Notes under the pieces: generated by a model
Database searches by the model: none
What the model saw: the letters and a program-made list of their open reading frames with translations, nothing else
Told to the model about the DNA's origin: nothing
In this document: piece after piece, positions 39,399-49,383 of the stretch
Position numbering within the stretch: the first letter of the stretch is position 1
Layout: each line of letters begins with the position of its first letter
Position numbers and translations under genes: made by a program
NCBI GenBank assembly: GCA_963764715.1
Contig: CAVXTP010000012.1
Coordinates: 96,747-160,746 of the forward strand
Origin: an uncultured Acidobacteriota bacterium
Lineage (GTDB): Bacteria; Acidobacteriota; Thermoanaerobaculia; UBA5066; Gp7-AA6
Length of the DNA stretch: 64,000 nt
Reading direction: 5' to 3'

Positions 39399-40418
39399 TC
39401 AGGCCTTCACGAGTCGCGCCTCGCGCGCGTGCAGCTCGGCGATCTGGGCCTGGATCTTCTCGGCGAGGCCCTGCCGCGCGAACTCGGAGGCGAACCGGAT
39501 CGCGTTCTTGATCGCCTTGGCCGAGGAGCGGCCGTGGCAGATGATGACGCACCCCTTCACGCCCAGAAGCGGCGCGCCGCCGTACTCGGAGTAGTCGATG
39601 CGCTGCTTGAATCGCCGGAAGGCCGACTTCGAGAGCAAAAAGCCGACCGAGGCCTGCAGCGTCCGCTTGATCTCCTCGCGGAGCATGTTCTCGACCATCT
39701 CGGCCAGGGCCTCGGAGACCTTCAGGATGACGTTGCCCGTGAAGCCGTCGGTGACGATGACGTCGACCTTGCCGTTGAAGACGTCGCGCCCCTCGACGTT
39801 GCCGATGAAGTTGAGCCCCGTCTCCTTCAGCGTCTTGAAGGCCTCCTTGGACTGCTCGTTGCCCTTGGAGTCCTCCTCGCCGATCGACATCAGCCCGATC
39901 GACGGTCTCTTCTTGCCGAAGACGAGCTCGGCGTAGATCGAGCCCATGACCGCGAACTCCCGGAAGTGCGGCGTCTTCAGGTCCGGATTGGCGCCGACGT
40001 CGAGGAGAAGGCAGTGGCCGGTCAGGTTCGGGAGGACGGTGGCGAGCGCCGGCCGATCGACCCCCTCGATCGTGCCGACGACCATCTTGGCCGAGACCAT
40101 GGCGGCGCCGGTGTGGCCGGCCGAGACGAGACCCTGGGCCCGGCCGTCGCGCACGCAGTTGGCCGCGATCCGGATCGAGGAATTGCGCTTCTTGCGGATC
40201 GCGGCGGTCGCCGGGTCGTCGAAGGTCACGACCTCCGCGGCGTCGACGATCTCGATGTCCTTCCCCGTGTACCCGGAGTCGGCGAGCAGGGGCTCGAGCT
40301 CGGCCCGGCGGCCCACGAGGAGCGATGCGATGCCGAACTCGCGGGCGGCGGCGACGGCGCCGTCGACGTTGACCCGCGGCGCATGGTCGCCCCCCATGGC
40401 ATCGACCGCAATCCGCAC
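39399..40418 (-). CDS. plsX: Phosphate acyltransferase
   Basis: DAMGGDHAP, DGFTGNV, HGRSS. Confidence 0.97.
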   Translation of the reverse strand: MRIAVDAMGGDHAPRVNVDGAVAAAREFGIASLLVGRRAELEPLLADSGYTGKDIEIVDAAEVVTFDDPATAAIRKKRNSSIRIAANCVRDGRAQGLVSAGHTGAAMVSAKMVVGTIEGVDRPALATVLPNLTGHCLLLDVGANPDLKTPHFREFAVMGSIYAELVFGKKRPSIGLMSIGEEDSKGNEQSKEAFKTLKETGLNFIGNVEGRDVFNGKVDVIVTDGFTGNVILKVSEALAEMVENMLREEIKRTLQASVGFLLSKSAFRRFKQRIDYSEYGGAPLLGVKGCVIICHGRSSAKAIKNAIRFASEFARQGLAEKIQAQIAELHAREARLVKA

Positions 40419-40463
40419 GTCAGCCCCTCTGTCCTGAATGAACCACGAGTGGCGGGATTATAC

Positions 40464-40535
40464 GAGGAGGCAGGCGGCAGGCGGCAGACGGCAGGGAGAT
40501 CGGGCCTGCCTCCTGCCTCCTGCATCCTGCCTCCC
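40464..40535. repeat. Inverted heptamer tandem repeats
   Basis: (GGCAGGC/GGCAGAC)n then (CCTGCCT)n. Confidence 0.75.
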
Positions 40536-40540
40536 GGAGG

Positions 40541-40714
40541 CTAGGTATTGATCGCCTGCTTGCCCTTGTAGTACCCGCAGCGGGAGCAGACGCGGTGCGG
40601 CTGCTTGGGCTCGTGACAGTTCGGGCACTCGGAGAGGGCCGGCGGCGTCAGCGCGTCGTGCGCGCGGCGCTTGTCGCGGCGGGCCTTGCTGTGGCGTCTC
40701 TTGGGATTGGGCAT
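40541..40714 (-). CDS. rpmF: 50S ribosomal protein L32 (Zn-ribbon type; not in the ORF track)
   Basis: MPNPKRRHSKARRDKRRAHDAL...CPNC..PHRVCSRCGYYKG. Confidence 0.96.
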   Translation of the reverse strand: MPNPKRRHSKARRDKRRAHDALTPPALSECPNCHEPKQPHRVCSRCGYYKGKQAINT

Positions 40715-40721
40715 CGTGCTC

Positions 40722-41255
40722 CTACACTTTCTCCTTGAGGGCCTTCAAGGCCTCCCAGCGGGGATCGATCGTTTCATGCGTGCAGGCGCACGCGCCGAGG
40801 TTCAAGTCCTTGCCGCAGGTCGCGCACAGCCCCTTGCAGTCGGGCTTGCAGAGCGGCTTCATCGGGAGCGCCATCTGCACGCGTTCCTCCGCCAGCGGGG
40901 CGAGGGGGACGACGGGATCGTCGTAGAGGTGGACGTCGAGGTCCTGGCGCGAGAGCTCGACCTCGGCCTCGGATGCCCCGGCGCGGGGATACAGGACGAG
41001 CGAGAACGTCTCGTCCTCCTGGAACGGGTACGCGGCCAAGCAGCGGCTGCACTCGAGCTCGCCCGAGTAGACGAGCTCGGCATCGAGCGCGTATCCCCCT
41101 TCGATGCGCCGGACGTCCCCCGAGATCCTGAGCGGCGACAGGGAGAGCAGGGGCTCGCGGTCGAGCGCGGACACGGGGACGTCGAGCTCGCCGCCGAACC
41201 GCACGGGTTCGTCGAGCACCGCTTCGAGCGACAGGGAGTCGGGGCGCATGGTCAT
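40722..41255 (-). CDS. yceD: YceD/DUF177 protein
   Basis: ECSRCL, PMKPLCKPDCKGLC..CG..LN, DPRW; upstream of rpmF. Confidence 0.93.
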   Translation of the reverse strand: MTMRPDSLSLEAVLDEPVRFGGELDVPVSALDREPLLSLSPLRISGDVRRIEGGYALDAELVYSGELECSRCLAAYPFQEDETFSLVLYPRAGASEAEVELSRQDLDVHLYDDPVVPLAPLAEERVQMALPMKPLCKPDCKGLCATCGKDLNLGACACTHETIDPRWEALKALKEKV

Positions 41256-41397
41256 GGCAATCGGCAGAACCGCGCATTTTAGCCGTAAGGGGCCGGCAGT
41301 CAAATCCTCCCGAGGTCCGTCGCGCCAGGCGGCGGCGGCCGGAACCGCCTCCGGCTCAACCTGTTGACGCCGAACCGGGGACTGTAGACTCCGCCTC

Positions 41398-42516
41398 GTG
41401 AGAATCGCCATCGACGCGAGAGCGCTCCTCCACGAGCGAACGGGCATCGGGACCTACACCGACGCGATCGCCCGGGGCCTCGCGGCGCGCCCGGGGGTCT
41501 CCGTCGGCCTCTTCGCCCCCCGTCCCCTCCCGGCGACGGTCAACGACTCCGGGGCCTTCAGCCTGCAGACGGACCATCACCCCTTCGGGATCGTCTGGCT
41601 CCAGTCGACCCTGCCGCAGCGGGTCGCAAGCTGGGGGGCGGACGTCCTCGTCTCCGCCCTCACGATCGGCCCGGCCCGCGGCCAAACCCCGTTCGTCTCG
41701 ACCGTCCACGACCTGACGCCGCTGACGCACCCCGAGTGGCACGCCGCCCGGACGCTGGTCGGGTTCCTCCCCCTGTGGGAGCGCACCGTCGAGCGCGCGG
41801 CGCGTTTCCTGTGCGTCTCGCAGACCACGGCGACCGACCTCGTCGACCGCTACCCGGAGACCCGGTCCCGGGTCCGCGTGACGCCGAACGGTGTCGACCT
41901 CGCGTACTTCACCCCGGGCGAGGACCCGGCGGCGAAGCGCCGGACACGCCAGCGGTATTCGGCGGGGCAGCCGTTCATCCTGTATCTGGGGACGCTCGAG
42001 CCCCGCAAGAACGTGGAGGCGCTGGTCGTCGCCTGCGAGCGGATCTGGGGCCGCCGGCGGTCGCGGCCGGATCTCGTGCTCGCCGGCGGCGCCGGCTGGA
42101 AGACGGCCGGCCTCCATCGCCGCATCGCCCGCTCCCCCTTCCGCGACAAGATCCACGTCGCCGGGTACGCCGCCCGCGACGCCGCCCGCGAGCTCTACCG
42201 GGCCGCGGAGGTCTTCGTCTACCCCTCGCTCGCGGAGGGCTTCGGCCTGCCGGTGCTCGAGGCCATGGCCTGCGGCACCCCGGTCGTCGCGTCCACGGCG
42301 GACGCCCTCGTCGAGGTCGGCGGCGAGGCGGCCCTCTACGCTCCCCCGCGCGACGTCGAGGCGCTCGCCCGGGCGATCGAGCAGGCCCTCGAGGACGCGC
42401 CGCTGCGCGAAAAGCTCTCGGCGGCCGGACGGGAACGGGCCGCGCAGTTCCCGTGGGACGTCGGCGCCGCCGCCACGGCCGAGGCCGTCGCCGAAGCCGC
42501 CCGGGAGGCCCGGTGA
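41398..42516 (+). CDS. GT4 glycosyltransferase
   Basis: GTLEPRKN, EGFGLPVLEAMACG. Confidence 0.93.
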   Translation: MRIAIDARALLHERTGIGTYTDAIARGLAARPGVSVGLFAPRPLPATVNDSGAFSLQTDHHPFGIVWLQSTLPQRVASWGADVLVSALTIGPARGQTPFVSTVHDLTPLTHPEWHAARTLVGFLPLWERTVERAARFLCVSQTTATDLVDRYPETRSRVRVTPNGVDLAYFTPGEDPAAKRRTRQRYSAGQPFILYLGTLEPRKNVEALVVACERIWGRRRSRPDLVLAGGAGWKTAGLHRRIARSPFRDKIHVAGYAARDAARELYRAAEVFVYPSLAEGFGLPVLEAMACGTPVVASTADALVEVGGEAALYAPPRDVEALARAIEQALEDAPLREKLSAAGRERAAQFPWDVGAAATAEAVAEAAREAR

Positions 42517-43682
42517 GGCGAGCGCGTCCGCGCGTCGGGATCGACGCCCGCAAGCTGACGGACTTCGGCATCGGCTCCTACGTCCGAAACCTCGTCGGGT
42601 CGATCGCCCGCCGGCCGGAGGCGCAGGCGTACGCCTTTCGGATCTACGTCCGCGGCGAAGACCGCGGAGCGCTGCCGGAGCTGCCCGAGAACTTCACGGT
42701 CGTCGAGGAGGATTCGCCGGGCTACTCGATCTCGGAGCTCACCCGTTTCGCCTGGCGCCTGCTCCGCGACCGGCTCGACCTCTTCCATGCCACCCACTAC
42801 GTGATCCCGCCGCTCGCGCGGGCGCGCGCCGTCGTCACGATCCACGACATCATCCACGTCCTCTACCCGCAGTTCCTGCCCAACCGCGCGGCCCTCATCT
42901 ACGCGCGGGTCATGATCCGCCGGGCCCTGAAGCGCGCCGACCGCATCGTGACGGTCTCGTACAACAGCAAGCGCGACCTCGTCGACTACTTCGGGATCCC
43001 GCCGGCGCGGATCGACGTCGTCTACAACGGCGTCGCATCGCAGTTCCGGGCCGACGTGCCGCGCGCCGAGCGCGACCGCGTCGCCGCGCGCTACGGGCTG
43101 CCCCGGCCGTACCTCCTCTTCCTCGGCGGCGAGAAGCCCCACAAGAACGTCCGCAACGTGATCCGGGCGTTCGCGGAGGCGCGCCGCGAGCGCGCGCTGC
43201 CGCACGGCCTCGTCCTCGCCGGCCCGATGCCCAGGAACCGCAACCGCGTCGAGGCGCTGATCTCCGCGCTCGAGCTCGACGGGTGCGTGCATCGGCCGGG
43301 CATCGTCCCCGAGGAGGACCTGCCGGGGCTCTATGCCGGCGCCGACGCGTTCCTCTACCCCACGCTGTACGAGGGGTTCGGCCTGCCCGTCATCGAGGCC
43401 ATGGCCTGCGGCGTCCCCGTGCTGACCTCCTCGACCTCCGCGCTCCAGGAAGTGGCCGGCGGCTACGCCTATCTCGTCGACCCGATGGACGTGTCGGCGA
43501 TCGCCCGCGGCATCGTGACCCTCGCGACCGATCCGGCGCGCCGGGCGGAGTTCGCCGACCTCGGCCGGCGCCGGGCGCGCGACTTCTCCTGGGACCGCGC
43601 CGCGGAGCAGACGCTGCAGATCTACGCCGAGGCTCTTCAGCCAAGGAGGCAGGAGGCAGGAAGCAGGAGGCAGGGACCTTGA
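42513..43682 (+). CDS. GT4 glycosyltransferase
   Basis: GIDARKL.DFGIG, KPHKN, EGFGLPVIEAMACG; GTGA overlap with the upstream gene. Confidence 0.93.
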   Translation: MRRARPRVGIDARKLTDFGIGSYVRNLVGSIARRPEAQAYAFRIYVRGEDRGALPELPENFTVVEEDSPGYSISELTRFAWRLLRDRLDLFHATHYVIPPLARARAVVTIHDIIHVLYPQFLPNRAALIYARVMIRRALKRADRIVTVSYNSKRDLVDYFGIPPARIDVVYNGVASQFRADVPRAERDRVAARYGLPRPYLLFLGGEKPHKNVRNVIRAFAEARRERALPHGLVLAGPMPRNRNRVEALISALELDGCVHRPGIVPEEDLPGLYAGADAFLYPTLYEGFGLPVIEAMACGVPVLTSSTSALQEVAGGYAYLVDPMDVSAIARGIVTLATDPARRAEFADLGRRRARDFSWDRAAEQTLQIYAEALQPRRQEAGSRRQGP

Positions 43683-43766
43683 TCTCCCCCCGGCCTGCCG
43701 TCTGCCTCCTGCCGTCTGCCGCCTATCGCCTGCCGCCTGCCTCCCGCCGCCGGCCGCCTGCCGCCT
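43645..43766. repeat. Inverted heptamer tandem repeats
   Basis: (GGAGGCA)x4 then about ten (TGCCGCC/TGCCTCC/TGCCGTC) units. Confidence 0.8.
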
Positions 43767-43767
43767 G

Positions 43768-44850
43768 ATGAAGACCGCCGTCGTCCACGACTGGCTGAAC
43801 GGCATGCGCGGCGGCGAGAACGTGCTCGAGGCGATCCTGCCGCTCGTGCCGGAGCCCACGATCTTCACGCTCTTCCACGTTCCGGGGTCCGTGTCGCTGG
43901 CGATCGAGCGCCACCCGATCGAGGCCTCGTTCCTGAACCGCCTGCCCTTCGCCCGCACCCGATATCGCAACTACCTCCCGCTCTTCCCGCGCGCGGTCGA
44001 GTCATTCGACCTCTCGGGCTTCGACCTGGTCGTCTCGTCGTCCCACGCCGTCGCCAAGAGCGCGATCGCGCCTCGGGGCGTTCCGCACCTCTGCTACTGC
44101 CACACGCCGATGCGCTACGCCTACGAGCAGTTCGATCTCTATTTCCCGCCGGGACGCACGCGGTTTCTCCCCCTCAAGGCCGCGACGATCGCCCGGCTCC
44201 GGCGCTGGGACATCGCGACCGCCTCGCGGCCGACCCGCTACCTCGCCAACTCGACCGCCGTCGCGGAACGCATCCTCCGCCACTACGGGCGCGAAGCGAC
44301 CGTGTGTCACCCCCCGGTCGACGTGGACTTCTTCGCTCCGGGCGACGGGCCCCGCGAGGACTTCCTTCTCGTGGTCGGAGCGTTCGTGCCGTACAAGCGT
44401 TTCGAGGCTGCGGTCGAGACCGCCTCGCGCCTTCGCCGCCGGCTGGTCCTCGTCGGGACCGGCCCCGACGAGAAGCGGCTGCGCGCCATCGCGTCTCCCT
44501 CGGTCACCTTCCGTCCGCGCTGCAGCCGCGAGGAGCTCCGGCAGCTCTACCGGACCTGCGCCGCGTACCTCCAGCCCGGCGAGGAGGACTTCGGAATCGC
44601 CGCCGTCGAGGCCATGTCCTGCGGGGCGCCCGTCGTCGCGCTCGGCCGCGGCGGCGCCCGCGACATCGTGCGCGACGGCGAGACCGGCGTCCTCTACGCG
44701 GGGGACGGCGCGAAGGCGCTGGCCGAGGCCGTGCAGCGGGCCGACGGCACGAAGTTCGATTACACTCGATTGCGGAGCTCGGCGCTCGCCTTCCGGCCGG
44801 AGCGATTCGCCGAGCGGTTCCAGGCCGCGCTGAGAGAGCTTCTGCCGTGA
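43768..44850 (+). CDS. GT4 glycosyltransferase (WbaZ-like)
   Basis: HDWL.GMRGGE, CHTPMRY, EEDFGIAAVEAM. Confidence 0.92.
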   Translation: MKTAVVHDWLNGMRGGENVLEAILPLVPEPTIFTLFHVPGSVSLAIERHPIEASFLNRLPFARTRYRNYLPLFPRAVESFDLSGFDLVVSSSHAVAKSAIAPRGVPHLCYCHTPMRYAYEQFDLYFPPGRTRFLPLKAATIARLRRWDIATASRPTRYLANSTAVAERILRHYGREATVCHPPVDVDFFAPGDGPREDFLLVVGAFVPYKRFEAAVETASRLRRRLVLVGTGPDEKRLRAIASPSVTFRPRCSREELRQLYRTCAAYLQPGEEDFGIAAVEAMSCGAPVVALGRGGARDIVRDGETGVLYAGDGAKALAEAVQRADGTKFDYTRLRSSALAFRPERFAERFQAALRELLP

Positions 44851-46250
44851 TCCGAAACTCCATGCGGCGCATCGCCGTGCTGCTCGCCGTTTCCGACGTC
44901 GGGGCCACGCTCGCCGCCCTCGCCGCGGCCTACTTCCTCCGGTTCCGCGCCGAGATCGTCCCGGTCACCAAGGGCATCCCCGATCCCGCGTCCTATTACC
45001 GGCTCTTCCCGCTGATGGCCGTGCTCTGGCCCATCGTCTATTACTTCTACGGGCTCTACCAGGTCCGCCGCAACCGCTCCCGGGTCGAGGAGGGCCTCTC
45101 CGTCTTCGTCGCGACGGGCCTCGCGACGCTGCTCCTCGCGGGGCTGGCGACCTTCTACCGGGGCTTCTCCTACTCGCGGCTCGTGCTGCTCTTCTTCTTC
45201 GCGCTCGACGTTCTCTTCGTTTTCGCCGGACGCACGGCGATCCGCCGCTACCTCGAGGAGGCCTGGCGCCACGGCGTCGGCGTGCGGCGCGTCCTCGTCG
45301 TCGGCGCGGGCCGCCTCGGCCGGGCCGTCGTCGACAAGTTCCTCGAGCACCCGGAGGCGGGACTGCGCGCCGTCGGTTTCGTCGACGACGACCCCGGCAA
45401 GCGCGCCACCAGCCACCGCGGGCTGCCGGTCCTCGGCACGACGGCCGACGTCGCGTCGATCGTCGACGCCCGCGGCGTCGACACGGTCTTCCTCGCCCTC
45501 CCGCTCGACGCCCACCGCACGATGCTCGCCGTCCTGCAGGAGGTGGGACGGACGGTCGCCGACGTGCGCGTCGTGCCGGACCTCCTGCAGTACATCACCT
45601 TCCGCGCGGGAGTCGAGGACCTCGACGGCCTGCCCGTCGTCCACCTGACGCAGGTGCCCCTGACGGGCTGGATGAGCCTCGTCAAGCGCGTCCTCGACGT
45701 CGCGATCTCGGCGGCGGCGCTCGTCGTGCTGGCGCCCGTCTACGCCGCGATCGCGCTGGCGATCCGGATCGCCGACGGCTCCCCCGTCCTCTACCGCCAG
45801 CGCCGCATGGGGCTCGACGGCCGGCCGTTCGACATCCTCAAGTTCCGCTCGATGGTCGTCGGCGCCGAAGAGGAGTCGGGCCCGACCTGGGCGAGCGCCG
45901 AAGACTCGCGCCGCACGCACCTCGGCAGCTTCCTGCGGCGGTGGAGCCTCGACGAGCTGCCCCAGCTCGTCAACGTGCTCCGGGGGGAGATGTCGCTCGT
46001 GGGACCGCGGCCCGAGCGCCCCGAGTTCGTGCGGGAGTTCAAGGAGAAGTTCCCGCAGTACATGCTGCGCCACCGGGTGCGCGCCGGCGTCACGGGCTGG
46101 GCCCAGGTCCACGGCTGGAGGGGCAACACGAGCCTCTCCAAGCGCATCGAGTACGACCTCTACTACATCGAGAACTGGTCGCTCGCGCTCGACATCAAGA
46201 TCCTGTGGATGACGCTGCGCCACGGCCTGCGCCACCGGAACGCGTACTGA
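44847..46250 (+). CDS. wcaJ: Undecaprenyl-phosphate glucose phosphotransferase
   Basis: N-terminal TM helices, KFRSM, DELPQL.NVL.GEMSLVGPRPE, GVTGWAQV. Confidence 0.88.
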   Translation: MIRNSMRRIAVLLAVSDVGATLAALAAAYFLRFRAEIVPVTKGIPDPASYYRLFPLMAVLWPIVYYFYGLYQVRRNRSRVEEGLSVFVATGLATLLLAGLATFYRGFSYSRLVLLFFFALDVLFVFAGRTAIRRYLEEAWRHGVGVRRVLVVGAGRLGRAVVDKFLEHPEAGLRAVGFVDDDPGKRATSHRGLPVLGTTADVASIVDARGVDTVFLALPLDAHRTMLAVLQEVGRTVADVRVVPDLLQYITFRAGVEDLDGLPVVHLTQVPLTGWMSLVKRVLDVAISAAALVVLAPVYAAIALAIRIADGSPVLYRQRRMGLDGRPFDILKFRSMVVGAEEESGPTWASAEDSRRTHLGSFLRRWSLDELPQLVNVLRGEMSLVGPRPERPEFVREFKEKFPQYMLRHRVRAGVTGWAQVHGWRGNTSLSKRIEYDLYYIENWSLALDIKILWMTLRHGLRHRNAY

Positions 46251-46300
46251 TCCCGTGACCGGGACGTTTCGTCGCGTTCTTCCGGCGGCAGCCCCGATGG

Positions 46301-47368
46301 GTGCTCGTGGCGGTCGGACTCGCCTGGGTCGCGATCCTCGCCATCCTCGACTACTTCGCGCCGCTCGAGATCTCCTTTCTCACCTTCTACGTCGCCCCGG
46401 TCCTCTTCCTGGTGTGGTTCGTGGGCCCCGGCGCGGGCTTTCTCGGCGCTGCGGTCAGCGCCGCCTTCTGGACGTGGGAGGACATCTTCTCGGCCCATGC
46501 CCACCCCACAATCACTCTCCAGATCACCGACTGGAACCTCGCCGTGCGCGCCGCCTTCCTCGCGCTCTTCGTCTGGGTCGTCGCGGCACTCAAGCGCGCC
46601 CTCGAGCGCGAGCGGCACGCCGTGCAGGAACGCCTCGAGCGCGACGTCGCGATCGCCCGCGAGGTCCAGGAAAGGCTCTTCCCCCGCAAGGACCCCGAGA
46701 TCCGGGGTCTCGAGTGTCACGGCGCGTGCCGGCCGGCCCGGGGCGTCGCCGGCGACTACTACGACTTCCTGCGCCTCGACGCTGCGCGGGTCGGCATCGC
46801 CGCCGGCGACGTCGCGGGCAAGGGGCTTTCGGCGGCGCTCCTGATGGCGAGCCTGCAGGGCGCCGTGCGCAGCTTCGCCTCGATGTCCATCGCCGGGGAC
46901 GGACCGGCGAGCCTGGCGCGGGACCTGAACGCCCAGATGCACGCCCTGACCGCGACCAACCGCTTCGCCACCTTCTTCTGGGCGGTCTTCGACGAGAACG
47001 CCCGGACGCTGACCTGGGTCAACGCCGGCCACAACGCGCCCATGCTCCTGCGCGCGACGGGCGACCTCGAGCGGCTTCGGGCGGGCGGCCCGCCCCTCGG
47101 GGCGATCGCCGGTGCGACCTACCGCCAGGCGACGACCGCCCTCTCACCGGGCGACCTGCTGATCATTTTCACCGATGGCGTGACCGAGGCGGCGAATACC
47201 GCCGAGGAGGAGTTCGGCGAGGCGCGGCTCGAGCAGCTCCTGCGCGACAACGCCGGCTCGCCGGTCGGATCGCTCTGCCAGCGGATCGTCGACGCCGTCG
47301 AGGCCTTCGAGGCGGGACTTCCCCAGCTCGACGACGTCACCGTCGTGGCCGCCCGCGCGACGCGGTAG
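46301..47368 (+). CDS. Membrane-anchored SpoIIE/RsbU PP2C phosphatase
   Basis: Several TM helices, GDYYD, DVAGKG, FTDGVTE, DDVT; true start probably 46255 through a 1-nt indel. Confidence 0.9.
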   Translation: MLVAVGLAWVAILAILDYFAPLEISFLTFYVAPVLFLVWFVGPGAGFLGAAVSAAFWTWEDIFSAHAHPTITLQITDWNLAVRAAFLALFVWVVAALKRALERERHAVQERLERDVAIAREVQERLFPRKDPEIRGLECHGACRPARGVAGDYYDFLRLDAARVGIAAGDVAGKGLSAALLMASLQGAVRSFASMSIAGDGPASLARDLNAQMHALTATNRFATFFWAVFDENARTLTWVNAGHNAPMLLRATGDLERLRAGGPPLGAIAGATYRQATTALSPGDLLIIFTDGVTEAANTAEEEFGEARLEQLLRDNAGSPVGSLCQRIVDAVEAFEAGLPQLDDVTVVAARATR

Positions 47369-47371
47369 GAA

Positions 47372-49369
47372 TCAGGCGAGCTTGCGAAGGCGCCGCACGC
47401 GCGCGCCGAGCCCGCGCTCCTCTTCCGGGTCGAGCGCCGCGCCCCCGAAGGCGCTCGCGCAGTAGAGCGTGACGACGGCCTCGGCGTCCTCGCGGGCGGC
47501 GGGAACCTCCTCGGCGAGGAGGCGGGCGACCTCGGCCGGCGGAACGGATTCGGGGAGCGGTCCGCGCCGGCGCGACACCAGCCGGCGCACGGCGAGGTAG
47601 GCGCGGGTCGCGGCGGGCGTCCGAACCGCGGCGCGGCGCGCCAGGGCCGCGATCAGCCAGACGAGCGCCGCCCCGGCGAGGAGGCCGGCCGCCGCGCGGG
47701 CGGTCAGCCACTCGCGCGCCGTCTGCCGCAGCGAAGCGAGCCCCGCCGCCGCGTCCGAGATGGACTCCCGCAGCGACTCGACCGCGCCGAGCTGGTCGCC
47801 GGCGTCGAAGCCGAGCACGCGCCGGTCGTAGAAGAACTCGATCTCGCGGCCGAGGGCGACGAGGCGCGAGAGGATCGAGAAGCTCGTCCGCTCGGGGGGG
47901 ATCCCGGCTGCCGGCGTGGGATCGAGGACCCGGAAGCCCGTCCCGTCGAGGTCGGCCTCGACCCAGGCGTGCAGGTTCTCCGCGCGCACGACCATCGACG
48001 AGGAGAAGAGGCCCTCCTCGCCGCCGTAGGAGCCCGTCACGAGCCGCGCCCGGATGCCGCGCGCCGTCAGCATCATCGCCGCTGCCGACGCGAAGTACTC
48101 GCAGTGCCCGGCCTTCGAGCGCAGCAGGAAGTGGACGAGCGGGTCGCCCTGGGCCTTCGGCGCGTCGAGCGTGTAGACGAAGTCCCGCGCGAAGTGGTCC
48201 TCGATGCGCTTGTAGATCTCTTCCGGGTCGGTCAGGTCCCCCGTCAGGCGGATGGCGTACTGCTGGACCTCGACGGGAACGTCTCCCGCGAGGATGGCGC
48301 TCTCCCCCGCGCCGCGCGCCGGCTCGCGCCGCACCTTCGCCGTGTACCTCACCGGGCCGCGGCCCGAGGCCACCTGCATGACGCCGTCCGGGATCTCGCT
48401 CGCGCGGCTGCGCTCGACGTCGACGGCCGCCGTGCCGTACGGAAGGAACAGGAACCCCTGTCCGTAGATGTAGAGGTCGGCGTCGACCGTCCAGGCGACG
48501 TCGCGCGGATCGGCGTCCGCGGCGCGGCCGTAGACCTGGGATTCGCGGCGGCGCGGGCCGCGCCAGGGGTTCCGCAGCCAGCTTCCCTGCTGGTAGTCGG
48601 TGAAGACGGCCTCCCGCAGCCGGAGCGGCGCGTCCCGGGCGATGTCGGGCCGCGAGGAAAGCCGCAGGACGACGCGGTCGCTGCGCTTGGCGGCCCCGAA
48701 CGACTCGAGATCGACGCGGTCGGCCGACATCGTCTTCGCGAAGGCGTCCTCGATGCGGAACGGCGCGACGACGAAGGGCCCGTGAAGGCGCGGCAGGGCG
48801 AAGAAGAGCGGGGTCGCCGCGAGCACCCCGCCCACGATCGCCACGGCCGACAGGCCGGCGGTCGGCACGCTCGAGAGGACGCGCTCGGGCGGGGCCTCGT
48901 CGAAGTCCGCGAGGACCGCGACCCGGGCGAGCGTGCGGAACCCGAGCCACGACATCGCGGCGAAGTAGGCGAGCGAGGAGACGTGCGTCGACGAGGACGC
49001 CGACGCGAGCGTCAGCAGGAAGACGATGAGCAGGGCGAGCCGGGCCTCCCCCGGCCGCTTCATGGACGCCAGCTTCGCGAGGGCGGTGAAGAGGAGCAGG
49101 TGCGCGACCGAGGGCAGGAGCCCCGTGCGAAGCGTCACCGCCGAGAACGCGAGCCAGCCCATGTAGACGAGGCCGAGCACGTTCTGCGCGGCGTCGGAGA
49201 GCCCGACCGGGCGGCCCTGCCGGGCGCGCCACCAGAGCAGGGCGACGGCGGCAACGTACGCCAGCACGGCCTTGCGGCTGGCGGCGCCCGTCCAGAGCAG
49301 CGGCAGCGGGGCGACCAGGGCGGCCGGGGCGAGGGCCAGCACGTAGGCGCGCCGCAGGCCCTCGGGCAT
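47372..49369 (-). CDS. TgpA-like membrane transglutaminase-domain protein (DUF3488)
   Basis: TM region, GHCEYFASA, HAWVE, DPTP catalytic triad. Confidence 0.9.
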   Translation of the reverse strand: MPEGLRRAYVLALAPAALVAPLPLLWTGAASRKAVLAYVAAVALLWWRARQGRPVGLSDAAQNVLGLVYMGWLAFSAVTLRTGLLPSVAHLLLFTALAKLASMKRPGEARLALLIVFLLTLASASSSTHVSSLAYFAAMSWLGFRTLARVAVLADFDEAPPERVLSSVPTAGLSAVAIVGGVLAATPLFFALPRLHGPFVVAPFRIEDAFAKTMSADRVDLESFGAAKRSDRVVLRLSSRPDIARDAPLRLREAVFTDYQQGSWLRNPWRGPRRRESQVYGRAADADPRDVAWTVDADLYIYGQGFLFLPYGTAAVDVERSRASEIPDGVMQVASGRGPVRYTAKVRREPARGAGESAILAGDVPVEVQQYAIRLTGDLTDPEEIYKRIEDHFARDFVYTLDAPKAQGDPLVHFLLRSKAGHCEYFASAAAMMLTARGIRARLVTGSYGGEEGLFSSSMVVRAENLHAWVEADLDGTGFRVLDPTPAAGIPPERTSFSILSRLVALGREIEFFYDRRVLGFDAGDQLGAVESLRESISDAAAGLASLRQTAREWLTARAAAGLLAGAALVWLIAALARRAAVRTPAATRAYLAVRRLVSRRRGPLPESVPPAEVARLLAEEVPAAREDAEAVVTLYCASAFGGAALDPEEERGLGARVRRLRKLA

Positions 49370-49383
49370 CGGGGGCCCCGACC